Of a DNA stretch of 64,000 bases, positions 18,747-28,867 are shown piece after piece. Within the stretch, counting starts at the first letter, position 1; every line of letters begins with the position of its first letter. The position numbers and the translations under genes were made by a program. The notes below the pieces were generated by a model that made no database searches, was not told where the DNA came from, and saw only the letters and a program-made list of their open reading frames with translations. Source of the stretch: Candidatus Omnitrophota bacterium (lineage in GTDB: Bacteria; Omnitrophota; Gorgyraeia; JACQQV01); assembly GCA_016206785.1 (NCBI GenBank), contig JACQQV010000002.1:1554-65553 (forward strand). Direction: 5' to 3'.

Positions 18747-20815
18747 TTCTGACCCCAGAGGAAAATTGCAAAAAGAGCGACCCCACAAAGGCCGATCAGA
18801 GACAAAAAAAGATACCGGGGATAACGGAACGTAACGGACATGTCGCCTTCCCGGGGCACTTTGAATGCGATCTGCCCGTCGCGAGAATAAAGGGAAAGGG
18901 GCATCCCGTCACAATAGGCGCGAAAGGCGGGAAAATAATTCACGCGCAAAACCGCCTCATCGTCTTTGCGGGCCCCTTTGAGGCGAATCGTCATCTCTGT
19001 ATATCGTTCCTCCACCATCTCCCCTTTTCCGACCGGTAATACGACCCCCCGGGGGTCAGCCTCCTTGAAACGAAAAACTTTCCAAGGAGGCTCCTCCCAA
19101 CTTTTTTCATAAAACGCGGGGTATGCTGAAAAGAAGGCGCTCGCCGTTTTACTCCAGACCACGATGGAACGGACCCCCCACTTCCTAAGGAATACGTTCA
19201 CCTCTTCGGCGCTGTACTGGTTCAGAAACTTTCCTCCCCAGATGCCGGACATAAGACAATTCTTTCGATACAGGGAGAAAGGGTAGCCATCTTTCCCATG
19301 GGAAAGATACCGTTTTCCTGTCTCAAGCGCCAAGAGCATCTCCATATGGACATGGGGTCCCGGGAAGGCCTCTCCCCTTCGCCCATCCTCTGTTTCGATC
19401 CAAAGGGCTTGTGTCTCCAACAAAATCGTATGCCCCTCCAAGGTTTTAAGCTTTTGGGTGAGTGCCGGTAAGAAAGCCTCAAGCGTCGGCTGATGGGGCA
19501 TCGCGTCGGGAGAAGGAAGTCCCACCGTCCCCAAAAGGAGGGCAGGAACCATGATCAAGGCGGCTGTCCCTTTGCGTTCAGAAAAAAACTGAAGCCCCTG
19601 GGCGAGTACCAAAGAAAGAAGGACCGGGAGGAGAAAGTAGGTTCGTTTGAGTGCAAGACCGATCCCGGTTTTCAAAGGAAGGGTGCAGAGCACAAGAAAA
19701 ATGAGGCCGATGAGGAGACGGGATTTTTTCTGATTCCAAAAAAGAAATAAAAGAAAAGGAGAGAGAAGGACTGCGGAGGCCCCATAATTTCCTCCATGAA
19801 CGCCTTCATACCCCGCCGTAAACCACGCCGTCCCCCTCGAAAGCCACGATACTTTCTGGAGAGACTGCACAGAGGCTTGTTTGAAGGTTAACGGAGAAGC
19901 CTCGTACCGTTTGGCATCAAGATTGAATGCATGGGGATTCCTTAAAAAGTGAATGGCGTACGGTAAAACCGCGGCCGAAACGACGAGACTCACCAGAAAA
20001 AAATAGAAAAGATGTTTTCGATGTCTTAAGGCCAAAAGCGAGAAGCCGACAAGAAAGAGGGCGTAGAAAAAATAAGCAAGATGGGCGTACGCAAGGAGGA
20101 CGAGGAGAACGGAGAGCCAAAAAGTGCCCCTCGGATTTCGGCCACTTTTCTGGAGGGCCAAGAGGGTGAGGAGGAAAAGGTCTAATCCGAGAAGATTATC
20201 GATATTTCCCCAGAGGAGCATATTCCTGAAAAAACTGATTGCAAAAAAACTGGCGAGCCAAAAGGCGATCGCCGCATTTCCCCCTGCTCCGCCGAGGTGA
20301 CGTGAAAGCGCATACAGAAGCAAAGGAAACAGAAGATAAAGAATAAAAATAAAAAGATGGTACCCGACGGGGGCTCCGAAGCAAAGAAAGAAGGGCCATA
20401 CGAAAAGACCGAGGTTAAAGTTCAAATCAGAAACCGTATAGTATCCGCCGAGGAGATGGTTATCCCACCCAAATAGTGCTCCTTCCTTAAGCAGCCGGAG
20501 GGTTCGAAGAGAAGCGGCATAGAGAGAGGTAAAATCGTCCTGAAAAATAATGGAGGAGAAACTTTGGAGGGGAAACTTCCTCAAGAAGAAGGCCGCCAGG
20601 AGAAGAAGCGGTACCGAAAACACAAAAAAGGGATGCTGGGGAAATGCCCACTTCTTTTTTGAAAAAAGAAAAAGGAGGGCGAATCCAAAAAGACTCAGGA
20701 GAAACGACCTTAAAGGAAAATCGCGAAGGACAAACGCAAAGGCAGAGGAAGGAAGGAAAGCGTAAAAGACAACAGAGAAGGCGATCCATAAGAGAAGAAA
20801 GCCTTTTTCCTTCAC
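18743..20815 (-). CDS. large polytopic membrane protein, GT-C-like (YfhO/arabinosyltransferase-like), with C-terminal soluble domain
   Basis: The 690-aa ORF has about 12 or more TM segments followed by a C-terminal soluble region of roughly 250 aa. It starts with GTG. I recognise no definitive motif. Confidence 0.5.
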   Translation of the reverse strand: MKEKGFLLLWIAFSVVFYAFLPSSAFAFVLRDFPLRSFLLSLFGFALLFLFSKKKWAFPQHPFFVFSVPLLLLAAFFLRKFPLQSFSSIIFQDDFTSLYAASLRTLRLLKEGALFGWDNHLLGGYYTVSDLNFNLGLFVWPFFLCFGAPVGYHLFIFILYLLFPLLLYALSRHLGGAGGNAAIAFWLASFFAISFFRNMLLWGNIDNLLGLDLFLLTLLALQKSGRNPRGTFWLSVLLVLLAYAHLAYFFYALFLVGFSLLALRHRKHLFYFFLVSLVVSAAVLPYAIHFLRNPHAFNLDAKRYEASPLTFKQASVQSLQKVSWLSRGTAWFTAGYEGVHGGNYGASAVLLSPFLLFLFWNQKKSRLLIGLIFLVLCTLPLKTGIGLALKRTYFLLPVLLSLVLAQGLQFFSERKGTAALIMVPALLLGTVGLPSPDAMPHQPTLEAFLPALTQKLKTLEGHTILLETQALWIETEDGRRGEAFPGPHVHMEMLLALETGKRYLSHGKDGYPFSLYRKNCLMSGIWGGKFLNQYSAEEVNVFLRKWGVRSIVVWSKTASAFFSAYPAFYEKSWEEPPWKVFRFKEADPRGVVLPVGKGEMVEERYTEMTIRLKGARKDDEAVLRVNYFPAFRAYCDGMPLSLYSRDGQIAFKVPREGDMSVTFRYPRYLFLSLIGLCGVALFAIFLWGQK

Positions 20816-20871
20816 GGAAGTATTATACCACTCTCCGAAGTCGTTGTACCAGGAAGAGGGATTGGGGTATA

Positions 20872-21552
20872 ATGAGAAAAATGACTGTGTTTGTGGTTGT
20901 ATCTGTCTTTAACGAGGCGCCGGTCCTCCGCGGGGTGATTGAGGAACTTCTTTCTCTCTACCCTCATGTGGTTGTGGTGGATGATGGTTCGACAGACGAG
21001 TCTCTTAAAACCGTTGAAGGTCTTCCCATTTTTACCCTCCGGCATCTCGTAAACCGTGGACAGGGAGCCGCCCTGCAGACGGGAATCGCCTTTGCAATGG
21101 AAAAAGGGGCCGCACTTCTTGTCACCTTTGATGGGGACGGACAACATGATCCGCGCGATATCGAAAAATTGCTGACACCGATTCGAAGCGGAGAGGCAGA
21201 GGTTTCTCTCGGTTCCCGCTTTCTGGAAAAAGGATCCCGACTCCCCCTGTTTCGCCGTCTCCTCCTTCAAGGGGGAATCCTCTTCACCCGTTTGAGCACG
21301 GGACTTCCGATCACCGATACCCACAATGGCCTCCGCGCTTTCTCCCGGGAGGCCGCCTCAAAAATCAACTTCACGATGGACCGGATGGCCCACGCCTCTG
21401 AACTCTTCGAGATTCTCCAAAAAGAAAAATTACGGTATCGGGAAGTGCCGGTAACGATCCGGTACACCTCTTATAGCCTCCACAAGGGTCAAAGCACGTG
21501 GGACCTTTTTAGAATCCTCGGGTCCCTGTTGGAAAGGAGCTTCTTAAAATGA
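20872..21552 (+). CDS. GT2 polyprenol-phosphate glycosyltransferase (DPM1/GtrB/ArnC-like)
   Basis: It has the motifs VVVSVFNEAP, VVVDDGSTDES and the DGD/DxD region TFDGDGQHD. The track ORF (20644..) has a K/R-rich spurious N-terminal extension, so the start was trimmed to MRKMTVF at 20872. Confidence 0.8.
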   Translation: MRKMTVFVVVSVFNEAPVLRGVIEELLSLYPHVVVVDDGSTDESLKTVEGLPIFTLRHLVNRGQGAALQTGIAFAMEKGAALLVTFDGDGQHDPRDIEKLLTPIRSGEAEVSLGSRFLEKGSRLPLFRRLLLQGGILFTRLSTGLPITDTHNGLRAFSREAASKINFTMDRMAHASELFEILQKEKLRYREVPVTIRYTSYSLHKGQSTWDLFRILGSLLERSFLK

Positions 21553-21893
21553 TTTTCCAGATCCTCGTCATTTCCTACGCTGTCCTTACCATTTTGAATG
21601 CCGTCTTTAGGCGTCAGAAATTCCAGATCACCTTCTGGTTTTTTGCCTCTCTTGTCCTCTCCCACCTCGGCATCATTGTGATTACCCTTTTCCCCAATGT
21701 CACCTATCCGATCGCCCATTTTTTTGGTATCGGAAGAGGGGCCGATTTCGTCCTCTATACGGCGGTGATCATCATCCTCCGCATTCTTTTCTATCTCTAC
21801 AGTCAAAACCGCCGGCTGGAACAACAGCTTACCCATATCGTGCGACACCTGGCCCTGACCGAGAAGGAGGGCAATCATTCTAAACGTTCGTGA
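21549..21893 (+). CDS. DUF2304-family small membrane protein (partner of DPM1-like GT2)
   Basis: The 114-aa protein has 3 TM helices and an ATGA overlap with the GT2 gene. This gene order is typical for GtrA/DUF2304 partners of DPM1-like enzymes. Confidence 0.6.
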   Translation: MIFQILVISYAVLTILNAVFRRQKFQITFWFFASLVLSHLGIIVITLFPNVTYPIAHFFGIGRGADFVLYTAVIIILRILFYLYSQNRRLEQQLTHIVRHLALTEKEGNHSKRS

Positions 21894-22545
21894 TGCGGAT
21901 CAGAAAACGTATTGGGAGCGTCACGCCCATGGTCGCAAATGGGACCATCCGGTCACCTCTTTTTTTGTTCGGCAGCGCCTTTCTTTTCTCGATCGGTTCA
22001 TCCGTTGGGAAAACCTTCACACGCTTCTGGATGTCGGATGCGGATATGGAAATACCCTTACCTATTGTCGAGAAAAGGTCGGCCTCCGCGTTGGCGTGGA
22101 CCGGTCTTTTGCCATGCTCTCCGGATGCCCGAAGGAAGCAGGATTTCTGGTTCAGGCCCCTGTGACCCAGCTTCCCTTTAAAGACAACTCCTTTGATTGC
22201 CTCTTCGGATGGGAGATTCTGCATCACCTTGAGAGTCCGGAAAAAGCGGTTCAAGAGTTTGTACGGGTCGCCCGCCGATATGTCGTCCTCTTTGAACCGA
22301 ATCGATACAACCCGGCGCAGTTTCTCTTCGGACTCCTGGATCGGTCGGAGCGGGGGACCCTCCATTTCTCAAAACAAAAGGTGGAAGCGCTTCTCCGTCA
22401 ATCAGGGCTCACGGTGCTCTTTTCAGCGACGGTGGGAGCCACCTTTCCGAATCGGATGCCGACGTTTCTCCTGCCTCTCGTTCAAAAGTGCCCGTTTCAT
22501 CTTCCCTGGATCGGTATTTCCTCTATGGCGATCGGTGGCAAATAG
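21893..22545 (+). CDS. class I SAM-dependent methyltransferase (start codon/frame anomaly)
   Basis: The LLDVGCGYGNT SAM-binding motif lies in the frame of track ORF 22096..22545. That frame is open back to 21859 but has no ATG/GTG/TTG. The nearest ATG (21893) is in another frame, so either the start is non-canonical or there is a frameshift. Confidence 0.55.
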
Positions 22546-22549
22546 ACGG

Positions 22550-24496
22550 CTACTGTTTCTGCCAAAAGACAAAAAGAGGATCCCGGCCTACCGGAATTTC
22601 CACTTTCTCCCTCGACAGGGCGAGCGGGTTCCCCATCATATCGATTCCCTGAAGATCCTTCCCTTTCGGAAGGATAACGGGACGCTCTTGAAGAGACCAG
22701 AGGATGAGGACCACTTCTTCCTCTCCCTCGAAACGGTATGCGAAAATTCCCTTGCCGAAATCCTCTCTCTTCACGAACTGCTTTCCGGTCAAACGCTGAA
22801 TCAGCGTGCGATAAGCGATCAAGGAAGGTTTCGGAGAGAGGTCTCTAAAGACAAGACCTGAATTTTGAACGCCGGAAGCAAGATCCTCTCCGAAATTTTC
22901 AAACGTAAACCAAAAAATCTTTTTAACCTCTGGATAGGACAAGGCGACGGCCATGGTTCTCACCAAAAGAGAGGCCTGTTCTCTCAAGGAGGCTCCGGAT
23001 GTCGAGGTGTGCCATCCGATTTCGGTCAGCCACAATTTCCGTCCCGGATCATGCTTGGCAAGAATGGACCGGGCCGCCTGGATCCTTCCTGCCAAAGAGC
23101 GCTTTCCCGATTCCGGCGCATCCGCATACGGATGAATCGCCACAATATCCATAACGCCTTTGGCCCCCGCCCGATAGAGTTCGCCGAGATACCAGTAATT
23201 CCCGACGACCAGACCCCCATTCAGGACGGTGCAAGAAGGAGAGACCTCTTTGAGAGATCGATGCACTTCTTTAAGCAAGGCAAAATATCTTTTCCAATCG
23301 CGGTCTCCCCAAAAAGCGATCGTATCCGGTTCGTTCCAGATCTCCCAATGGGTGATGGAGGGGTATCGTTGGGCAACCTCTGCGGTGTACCGCGCAAAGG
23401 CTTTCCGGCTTTTTTCCGTCGAGAAATCTCCTGTCCTGGGAGGAGCCCCCAGAAACATACCCATTATTTGAAGTCCCTGTGCGTTGGCCGCATGAACCGC
23501 TTCATCCAACGCCTTCCAATCGGCTTTCCCCGTTGCATAAATCTGTTCCCCCCGAATCCCTTGCCGGAACCAAAAAATTCCTGAGTCCTTCAGAAGCTTT
23601 GCTTTGGGTGTGGCAAAAGGGGTGACCAACTCCGTGCAGACCCCAAAAGGGGAATCGGTCCAATTTTCTTTTAAGGTCACGGGCAAAGAAACGCCAAAGG
23701 AGAAGTCGACCTTCTCCAACACACTCTCCCCTCTTTTGAGGGTCACGGTCAGTGCGTATGCACCCAGGGGAAGCGGCGGAAGAAGAATTTCTTCAGCGAC
23801 GGAAAAACCGGACTTGGCGAGAACCTCCGCATGCCCCGAATGGATCTCTTCTGCTTTCCAATCCTTGACATCCCATTGGAGAACCCACTTCTCCGGTGCA
23901 CCCCGTTTAAAAAGTTTGGCACGAAGGGTGATCGCTTCGCCCGGTTTAAAAAGATTTCCGACCCTTCCCGTTTCCAGGTGAAGATAAGGAATCCTGACGC
24001 GAACCGTCCGGATGAATTCTTCGCCATCCCACCGGTTATGGATGAGAAGGTCGGCTTCGGTTGCGCGATCCTCCCGGGGACCAAAAAGGGGGGCCAAGAC
24101 CGACGAGGAGTAGGAGAGCCAGCGGCCTGAATTTTCTTTTTCGATGATCCGACCGACCCGGCGCCGAGGTCCTTCTAAAGTTCTTGCGAGTGTTGTAAAG
24201 GTATCCTTCCCGCCGTCAAAATATTCTACCGTGACCTCTACTCTTGGCGGGTTTCCCTCGAAAAAGCGATCTTCCACATCCAGCAAAATGAAGTGTGACT
24301 GTTTTCCGCCGGTGCGCCGACAAAACCGCCCGCCTTTTTTATCGAGGGGATTTTGCTGGGACGAAAGAAGCCGGATCCCTTTCTCACGAGGAACTCTCCC
24401 CAAATAGACCCACGCCTCCTGCACGTTGCGAAACTCCATCGCCTCCGCCTGTGGGGAAAGGAAAAGAAAAAAAGCCAGAAGAACGAGACGCTTCAT
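22550..24496 (-). CDS. secreted clan GH-A glycoside hydrolase (GH5/GH39-like; candidate polymer-processing hydrolase)
   Basis: It has a signal peptide (MKRLVLLAFFLFLSPQAEA) and the acid/base motif HWEIWNEPD and nucleotide-phile motif KLWLTEIGW that are typical of clan GH-A. Confidence 0.7.
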   Translation of the reverse strand: MKRLVLLAFFLFLSPQAEAMEFRNVQEAWVYLGRVPREKGIRLLSSQQNPLDKKGGRFCRRTGGKQSHFILLDVEDRFFEGNPPRVEVTVEYFDGGKDTFTTLARTLEGPRRRVGRIIEKENSGRWLSYSSSVLAPLFGPREDRATEADLLIHNRWDGEEFIRTVRVRIPYLHLETGRVGNLFKPGEAITLRAKLFKRGAPEKWVLQWDVKDWKAEEIHSGHAEVLAKSGFSVAEEILLPPLPLGAYALTVTLKRGESVLEKVDFSFGVSLPVTLKENWTDSPFGVCTELVTPFATPKAKLLKDSGIFWFRQGIRGEQIYATGKADWKALDEAVHAANAQGLQIMGMFLGAPPRTGDFSTEKSRKAFARYTAEVAQRYPSITHWEIWNEPDTIAFWGDRDWKRYFALLKEVHRSLKEVSPSCTVLNGGLVVGNYWYLGELYRAGAKGVMDIVAIHPYADAPESGKRSLAGRIQAARSILAKHDPGRKLWLTEIGWHTSTSGASLREQASLLVRTMAVALSYPEVKKIFWFTFENFGEDLASGVQNSGLVFRDLSPKPSLIAYRTLIQRLTGKQFVKREDFGKGIFAYRFEGEEEVVLILWSLQERPVILPKGKDLQGIDMMGNPLALSREKVEIPVGRDPLFVFWQKQ

Positions 24497-25671
24497 TTTT
24501 CTCTTTTCTTTTCGGTCAGGAGGCGTTCGTAGAGGGCTTCGGTTTTTTGGACATGGGTTTCAAGGGTAAAGTCTTGCTCGACGAGGAAACGCCCCTTTTC
24601 TCCCATCTTCCGGGCAAGAGGGGGGTCTAAAAGAAGGGTTAAAATCTTCTCGGCCATCCCTTTTTCATCGTGGAGACCCACAAGAAACCCCGTGACCCCT
24701 TCTTGGACAACGTCGCGGGTTCCACGGGCCGCCGTCGCCACGACCGGTTTCCGGAGGACCATCGCCTCAAGCACCGTGTAGGGAAGCCCTTCCCAGAGAG
24801 AAGAGAGGACATAGACATCGCAAGAGGCGATGATCTCTTTGACGTCAGAGCGCCACTCCAACAGGAAAAGGCGGTCTCTAAAATTCCCCTTGTGAACGCG
24901 CTCCAAAACCCGCTGGAAGAGGGGTCCGTCTCCGATCATGACAAAGGTGACATCCCGATTTTCGGCAAGGACCCGTTCGGCGGCGTCGATAAAAACACCG
25001 GGTGCCTTTTGGGGTGCAAAACGGCCCACGGTGAGGACCATCGGCCTTTCTTCAGGAATGCCAAGCGCCTTTTTTTTCATCCTCGGATCGACCTCGAATT
25101 CAAATTCCTTCAAGTCGACACCGTTACAGATCTGAACGATCTTTTGGGCGGGAAGTACTTTCGCCGACCGCGCCAGCTCCCCCTCGGAGGGTGAGACAGC
25201 GATCAGGGCGTCGCAGAAATATCCCGCGATCCTCTCAAGGAAGGCGTAAAAGAAATTAAGGAAAAGATGCGGAGGACGGTCAAAGGCAAAGGCGTTTGGG
25301 GTGTGAATGACGACGGGAACGCCTACGAGCCGCGCAGCGATCCTTCCTAAAAAACCGGCCTTGGAACTATGGGTGTGAACAATGTCCCATCTTTCCTGCT
25401 TGAGGATGCGCAGGAGCCCTAAAAACGCTTTGACATCCTGGAAGGGGCGGATCTCCCGATACATATCCAGAGGGATTGTCCGGAATCCGAATCGATGAAA
25501 TGCATCAAAAAAAGTTTCTTTGCCGGATGTGATTCCCTTGACACGATCCAGAGGAGGAAAGCAACCGGTCACCTCAAACCGGTCTTGGTCCAGATGACTG
25601 ACGAGGAGGGTGATGTGGCGCTGCACCCCTCCAGAGGCTTGGGAAATGTAGAGAACTTTAACGCGCGCCAT
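24493..25671 (-). CDS. GT4-family glycosyltransferase (GT-B, retaining)
   Basis: Its N-terminus (MARVKVLYISQASGGVQRH) and EX7E-type C-terminal region (SLWEGLPYTVLEAM) are typical. GGAGGG precedes the ATG at 25671. Confidence 0.85.
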   Translation of the reverse strand: MARVKVLYISQASGGVQRHITLLVSHLDQDRFEVTGCFPPLDRVKGITSGKETFFDAFHRFGFRTIPLDMYREIRPFQDVKAFLGLLRILKQERWDIVHTHSSKAGFLGRIAARLVGVPVVIHTPNAFAFDRPPHLFLNFFYAFLERIAGYFCDALIAVSPSEGELARSAKVLPAQKIVQICNGVDLKEFEFEVDPRMKKKALGIPEERPMVLTVGRFAPQKAPGVFIDAAERVLAENRDVTFVMIGDGPLFQRVLERVHKGNFRDRLFLLEWRSDVKEIIASCDVYVLSSLWEGLPYTVLEAMVLRKPVVATAARGTRDVVQEGVTGFLVGLHDEKGMAEKILTLLLDPPLARKMGEKGRFLVEQDFTLETHVQKTEALYERLLTEKKREK

Positions 25672-26596
25672 GGTCCCTCCGGAAAAACCCCACAAAGTAT
25701 CCAGAAAGTTGTGAAAGGTCCTTGATTAAAAAAAGTAACGGAAGATAGAAAATGGCACGCACATCTTTGAGTCTCAAAAATCCCCTGAAGGTGACAAATC
25801 CCAGATAACCGATTAAAAGGGCGGCTGCACTCTTTTTCTGACCCTGAGACAAGAGAAGGAGAAGAGAGCCGTAGAAAAGAATTCTTAAAAAATACCGATA
25901 CGGAACAAAAGAACCCTCTCCATCCCCACGGCCATAAAGAAAATACTGTTTCAAAAAGGACCAGAGGGTGGGCCGACTTTTCCAATAGACCACGGCGCGC
26001 TTGGAGAAAACGGGGCGACCTCTTTTCCTCTGGACCTGTGCCAAAAAATATTTATCTTCACAGGGGTAAAGCCATTCCGGATACCCCCCCACCTTCTCCC
26101 AAAGCCGTTTCCTGAAGGCGATGGAGGCCGATCCTGAAAAGATAAACGGCTTGCGGCTTCTCGCCTCGAGGGTGGCGTAGAAGGTGCAGCGCTCAAAAAA
26201 ATTTTTTGCATCGGGTCTGCAGTTCCCGATCACCATCTCACAGGCAGGATCTGCCTTCAAGGGTTCCACCAAATCCTCCAACCAATGGGAATCGACATGT
26301 CCTCCCGCATCCGTGCACGCGATCAGCGTGCAGGAGGTCTTGCGGACCCCTTCGTTCCGGCCGCGGCCCGGTAGGGCTTGGGCAAGAATCATGACCTGGA
26401 TGTTATAAGGAAACTCCCTCCCTTCAAGATATCGGGTAATCACTTCTACGGTATGATCGGTCGATCCGCCGTCGACCAGGACCACCTCCTTGGGAAAGAG
26501 GGTCAGCCGCTCGAAGGATTCCAGTAAAGAAAGAATGCTCTTCTCCTCATTTAAAATCGGAACCACGATGGCCACATCAGGGTCTTGTCTAGCCAT
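25658..26596 (-). CDS. GT2-family glycosyltransferase
   Basis: It has the motifs VAIVVPILNEE, VVLVDGGSTD and DAGG. The start was trimmed to MARQ at 26596. Confidence 0.75.
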   Translation of the reverse strand: MARQDPDVAIVVPILNEEKSILSLLESFERLTLFPKEVVLVDGGSTDHTVEVITRYLEGREFPYNIQVMILAQALPGRGRNEGVRKTSCTLIACTDAGGHVDSHWLEDLVEPLKADPACEMVIGNCRPDAKNFFERCTFYATLEARSRKPFIFSGSASIAFRKRLWEKVGGYPEWLYPCEDKYFLAQVQRKRGRPVFSKRAVVYWKSRPTLWSFLKQYFLYGRGDGEGSFVPYRYFLRILFYGSLLLLLSQGQKKSAAALLIGYLGFVTFRGFLRLKDVRAIFYLPLLFLIKDLSQLSGYFVGFFRRDHGAR

Positions 26597-27488
26597 GGAA
26601 GAAAGTATTGAGTCTCCCTTTTCCGAAACGGCCGCTTCCATAGTCCAAAAGTCCGTACAGGATGGCCTTGGAGATCTCCTTTTCCCCTTTGAGGAGGAAT
26701 AGAAAAAGAAGTGCTAGATCTTTGGCCATCCGCATCGCAAAAGTCCATGGGCGGATCCAGAGAGAAGCATGTTTTGAAATAAAAAGGAGCCGATTGCGTG
26801 TGTAGAAATAACGGGTTGCGGCACTCTCACGACCGAAGGTCGCCCCCTCCTCGTGTTGAAGGGAGACTCGGGGGTCATAGAGGACACGAAAGCCTCTCTT
26901 CCGAGCACGGTAACAAAAGTCGGTCTCTTCAAAATAGATAAAAAAGCGCTCGTCCAAAAGACCGACTTTCTCCAGACATTCTTTTTGAATCAAAAAACAG
27001 GCCCCGCTCACACAAGGCACCTCCTTTCCTTCTTGGGTCGGCAGACACCGCACGACCTTTGTCCTTAAAAAATCAAACCGCATGCCGGAAAGAAAAGGGC
27101 GAATCGGATCTTCTGCGCGGTAAATCACTGCCCCGACCACTCCCACAGCAGGACCTTCAGAAGAGGTCTCCACCATTTTCGCTAAAAAATCGGGTTGGGT
27201 CACGGCATCGTTGTTTAAAAGAAGGATCGCTTCTGCACCTCGGGAAAGGCCCCAACGGATTCCCTGATTGCAGCCAGCGGCAAAACCGATGTTCTCGCGG
27301 AGGCCCATCCAATGGACCGTTGGAAAACGGTCTTTGAGTTTCATTTCCGGATCCTCTCGAGAGCCGTTGTCGACGACCAGTACCTCAAAAGAGGGATAGG
27401 CAAGGTGCTTCAACGATTCAAGACACCGGCTTGTCCCTTGGGCCTGATTATAATTCAACAGAACGATGGCAACCTTGGGTGTGTTCAT
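26589..27488 (-). CDS. GT2-family glycosyltransferase
   Basis: It has the motifs VAIVLLNYNQ, VLVVDNGS and LLNNDA. Confidence 0.85.
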   Translation of the reverse strand: MNTPKVAIVLLNYNQAQGTSRCLESLKHLAYPSFEVLVVDNGSREDPEMKLKDRFPTVHWMGLRENIGFAAGCNQGIRWGLSRGAEAILLLNNDAVTQPDFLAKMVETSSEGPAVGVVGAVIYRAEDPIRPFLSGMRFDFLRTKVVRCLPTQEGKEVPCVSGACFLIQKECLEKVGLLDERFFIYFEETDFCYRARKRGFRVLYDPRVSLQHEEGATFGRESAATRYFYTRNRLLFISKHASLWIRPWTFAMRMAKDLALLFLFLLKGEKEISKAILYGLLDYGSGRFGKGRLNTFFHG

Positions 27489-28867
27489 CCTCCCGACGCC
27501 TCACGCCGTTTCGCCTCTCGGTCGATGACCGCAAGGGCTCCGAGAAAAAAACCGGTCCAGATCGTCCGTGAGGGATTATTCAGTTCATTTCCCGCAATCG
27601 AAGAAAAGATCTGGAAGACGAGAGAAGCGGTCATCCCCAACGCCAGTCCCTTAAGGTCCGCATGCGCAATGCCCCGATAGACCCGTATGCCATATTTTAC
27701 TGCACGGAGAATAAACCAGAGAAAAATCGCTAAACCCAGAGGTCCTGTATTCAGGAGGTAATAAATGTAACTGGAGTGAATATACCGCTCGGTGGTCAAA
27801 GGGTGGCTTGCAAAATCGTACCGGATGAACTGAATTTGTGTCCCGAGTCCGTTTCCGGTCCAAGGATGTTCAGCGGACTGTGTGAGCGCCGCCTTCCATT
27901 CCGCATAGCGGGTCTGTATCGTCGCTCCGGTGCCGGTGACGTCGGTAAAGATGGATAAGAAACGGTTCATCAGATACGTGGGCATTTTCACAACCAGATT
28001 GTCCGTGGGCAAAATCCAAGAAAGGGTAAAAACCAGAGAGGTGATGACAAAAATGCCTCCCATCCATCTCAGCAGGCGCCGCTTTGTTGGAGAGGGTAGG
28101 ACGAGCAGAATAAAACCGATCGTCCCGATCTGGGAAATCCAGGTGACACGCACAAAAGACAAGAATTGGTGAAGTCCAAAGAAGCAACTCGCCAGAAATA
28201 ACCCTTTCCTTCTCAAGCGGCCCGGATCAGAAAATAAAAAGAGGCAGATGCAAAGGATAAAAAAGGTGCTGCTGAAAGCCATGCCGCGGGGAAAGCCGGG
28301 GGCGATCCCGGTCATGACCATGCCTTCCATGATCCGCTTCGTCATACCCCATACCACAACAGCCGCTGTGATCCAAAACGTGGGCCATAGGACCTTGTAA
28401 AGATCCTCTATCCCTGAGAGACTTACCGTGACCACAAAATAGAGCCAGAAAAAGAGAATAAAATTAAGGTCACTGGTCCAGTGGGCAAACGCATGCCCAT
28501 GGAGAATCGCCACCAACGTTCCCCACGCCCCGACCAACCCCATTCCCAAAAGAGGGAGGGTCATCGGCGTGTCCCAACCCGAGCCTTTTGGGGAGGGTTT
28601 TCTTAAAAACTCCCGAAGGAAAGAGAACCCCAACAGAAAGAGAAAGAGGACACTGTACACCAGTTCCTGCGGAGCGATCCCTCCACCCAACCAGAGGATC
28701 CGGAAAGGGGTCATTCCCAAAAGAAAGATGATGACCCAAAAGGGAGAAAGAACAATGAGTAGAAAACTGACAACGGCCAATGGGAGAACAAGATTCATCG
28801 GGAAGGAAAAAACGACAAGGCTAACGCCGAGGGCGATCCCGAGAAGAAATAAAAGGAAAAATATCAT
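27485..28867 (-). CDS. O-antigen ligase/polymerase-like membrane protein (Wzy_C-type)
   Basis: It has about 11 TM helices with a periplasmic loop carrying the motif HSSYIYYLLNTGPLG. Confidence 0.7.
   Translation of the reverse strand: MIFFLLFLLGIALGVSLVVFSFPMNLVLPLAVVSFLLIVLSPFWVIIFLLGMTPFRILWLGGGIAPQELVYSVLFLFLLGFSFLREFLRKPSPKGSGWDTPMTLPLLGMGLVGAWGTLVAILHGHAFAHWTSDLNFILFFWLYFVVTVSLSGIEDLYKVLWPTFWITAAVVVWGMTKRIMEGMVMTGIAPGFPRGMAFSSTFFILCICLFLFSDPGRLRRKGLFLASCFFGLHQFLSFVRVTWISQIGTIGFILLVLPSPTKRRLLRWMGGIFVITSLVFTLSWILPTDNLVVKMPTYLMNRFLSIFTDVTGTGATIQTRYAEWKAALTQSAEHPWTGNGLGTQIQFIRYDFASHPLTTERYIHSSYIYYLLNTGPLGLAIFLWFILRAVKYGIRVYRGIAHADLKGLALGMTASLVFQIFSSIAGNELNNPSRTIWTGFFLGALAVIDREAKRREASGG

Noticed and set aside
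20644-20871. Long K/R-rich N-terminal extension of the GT2 ORF in the track
   Set aside because: It is low-complexity and overlaps the 3' end of the large membrane gene on the other strand. The ATG at 20872 directly precedes the GT2 fold.
21880-22365. Minus-strand ORF of 161 aa
   Set aside because: It lies entirely within and antisense to the SAM-methyltransferase gene. Its composition is non-protein-like.
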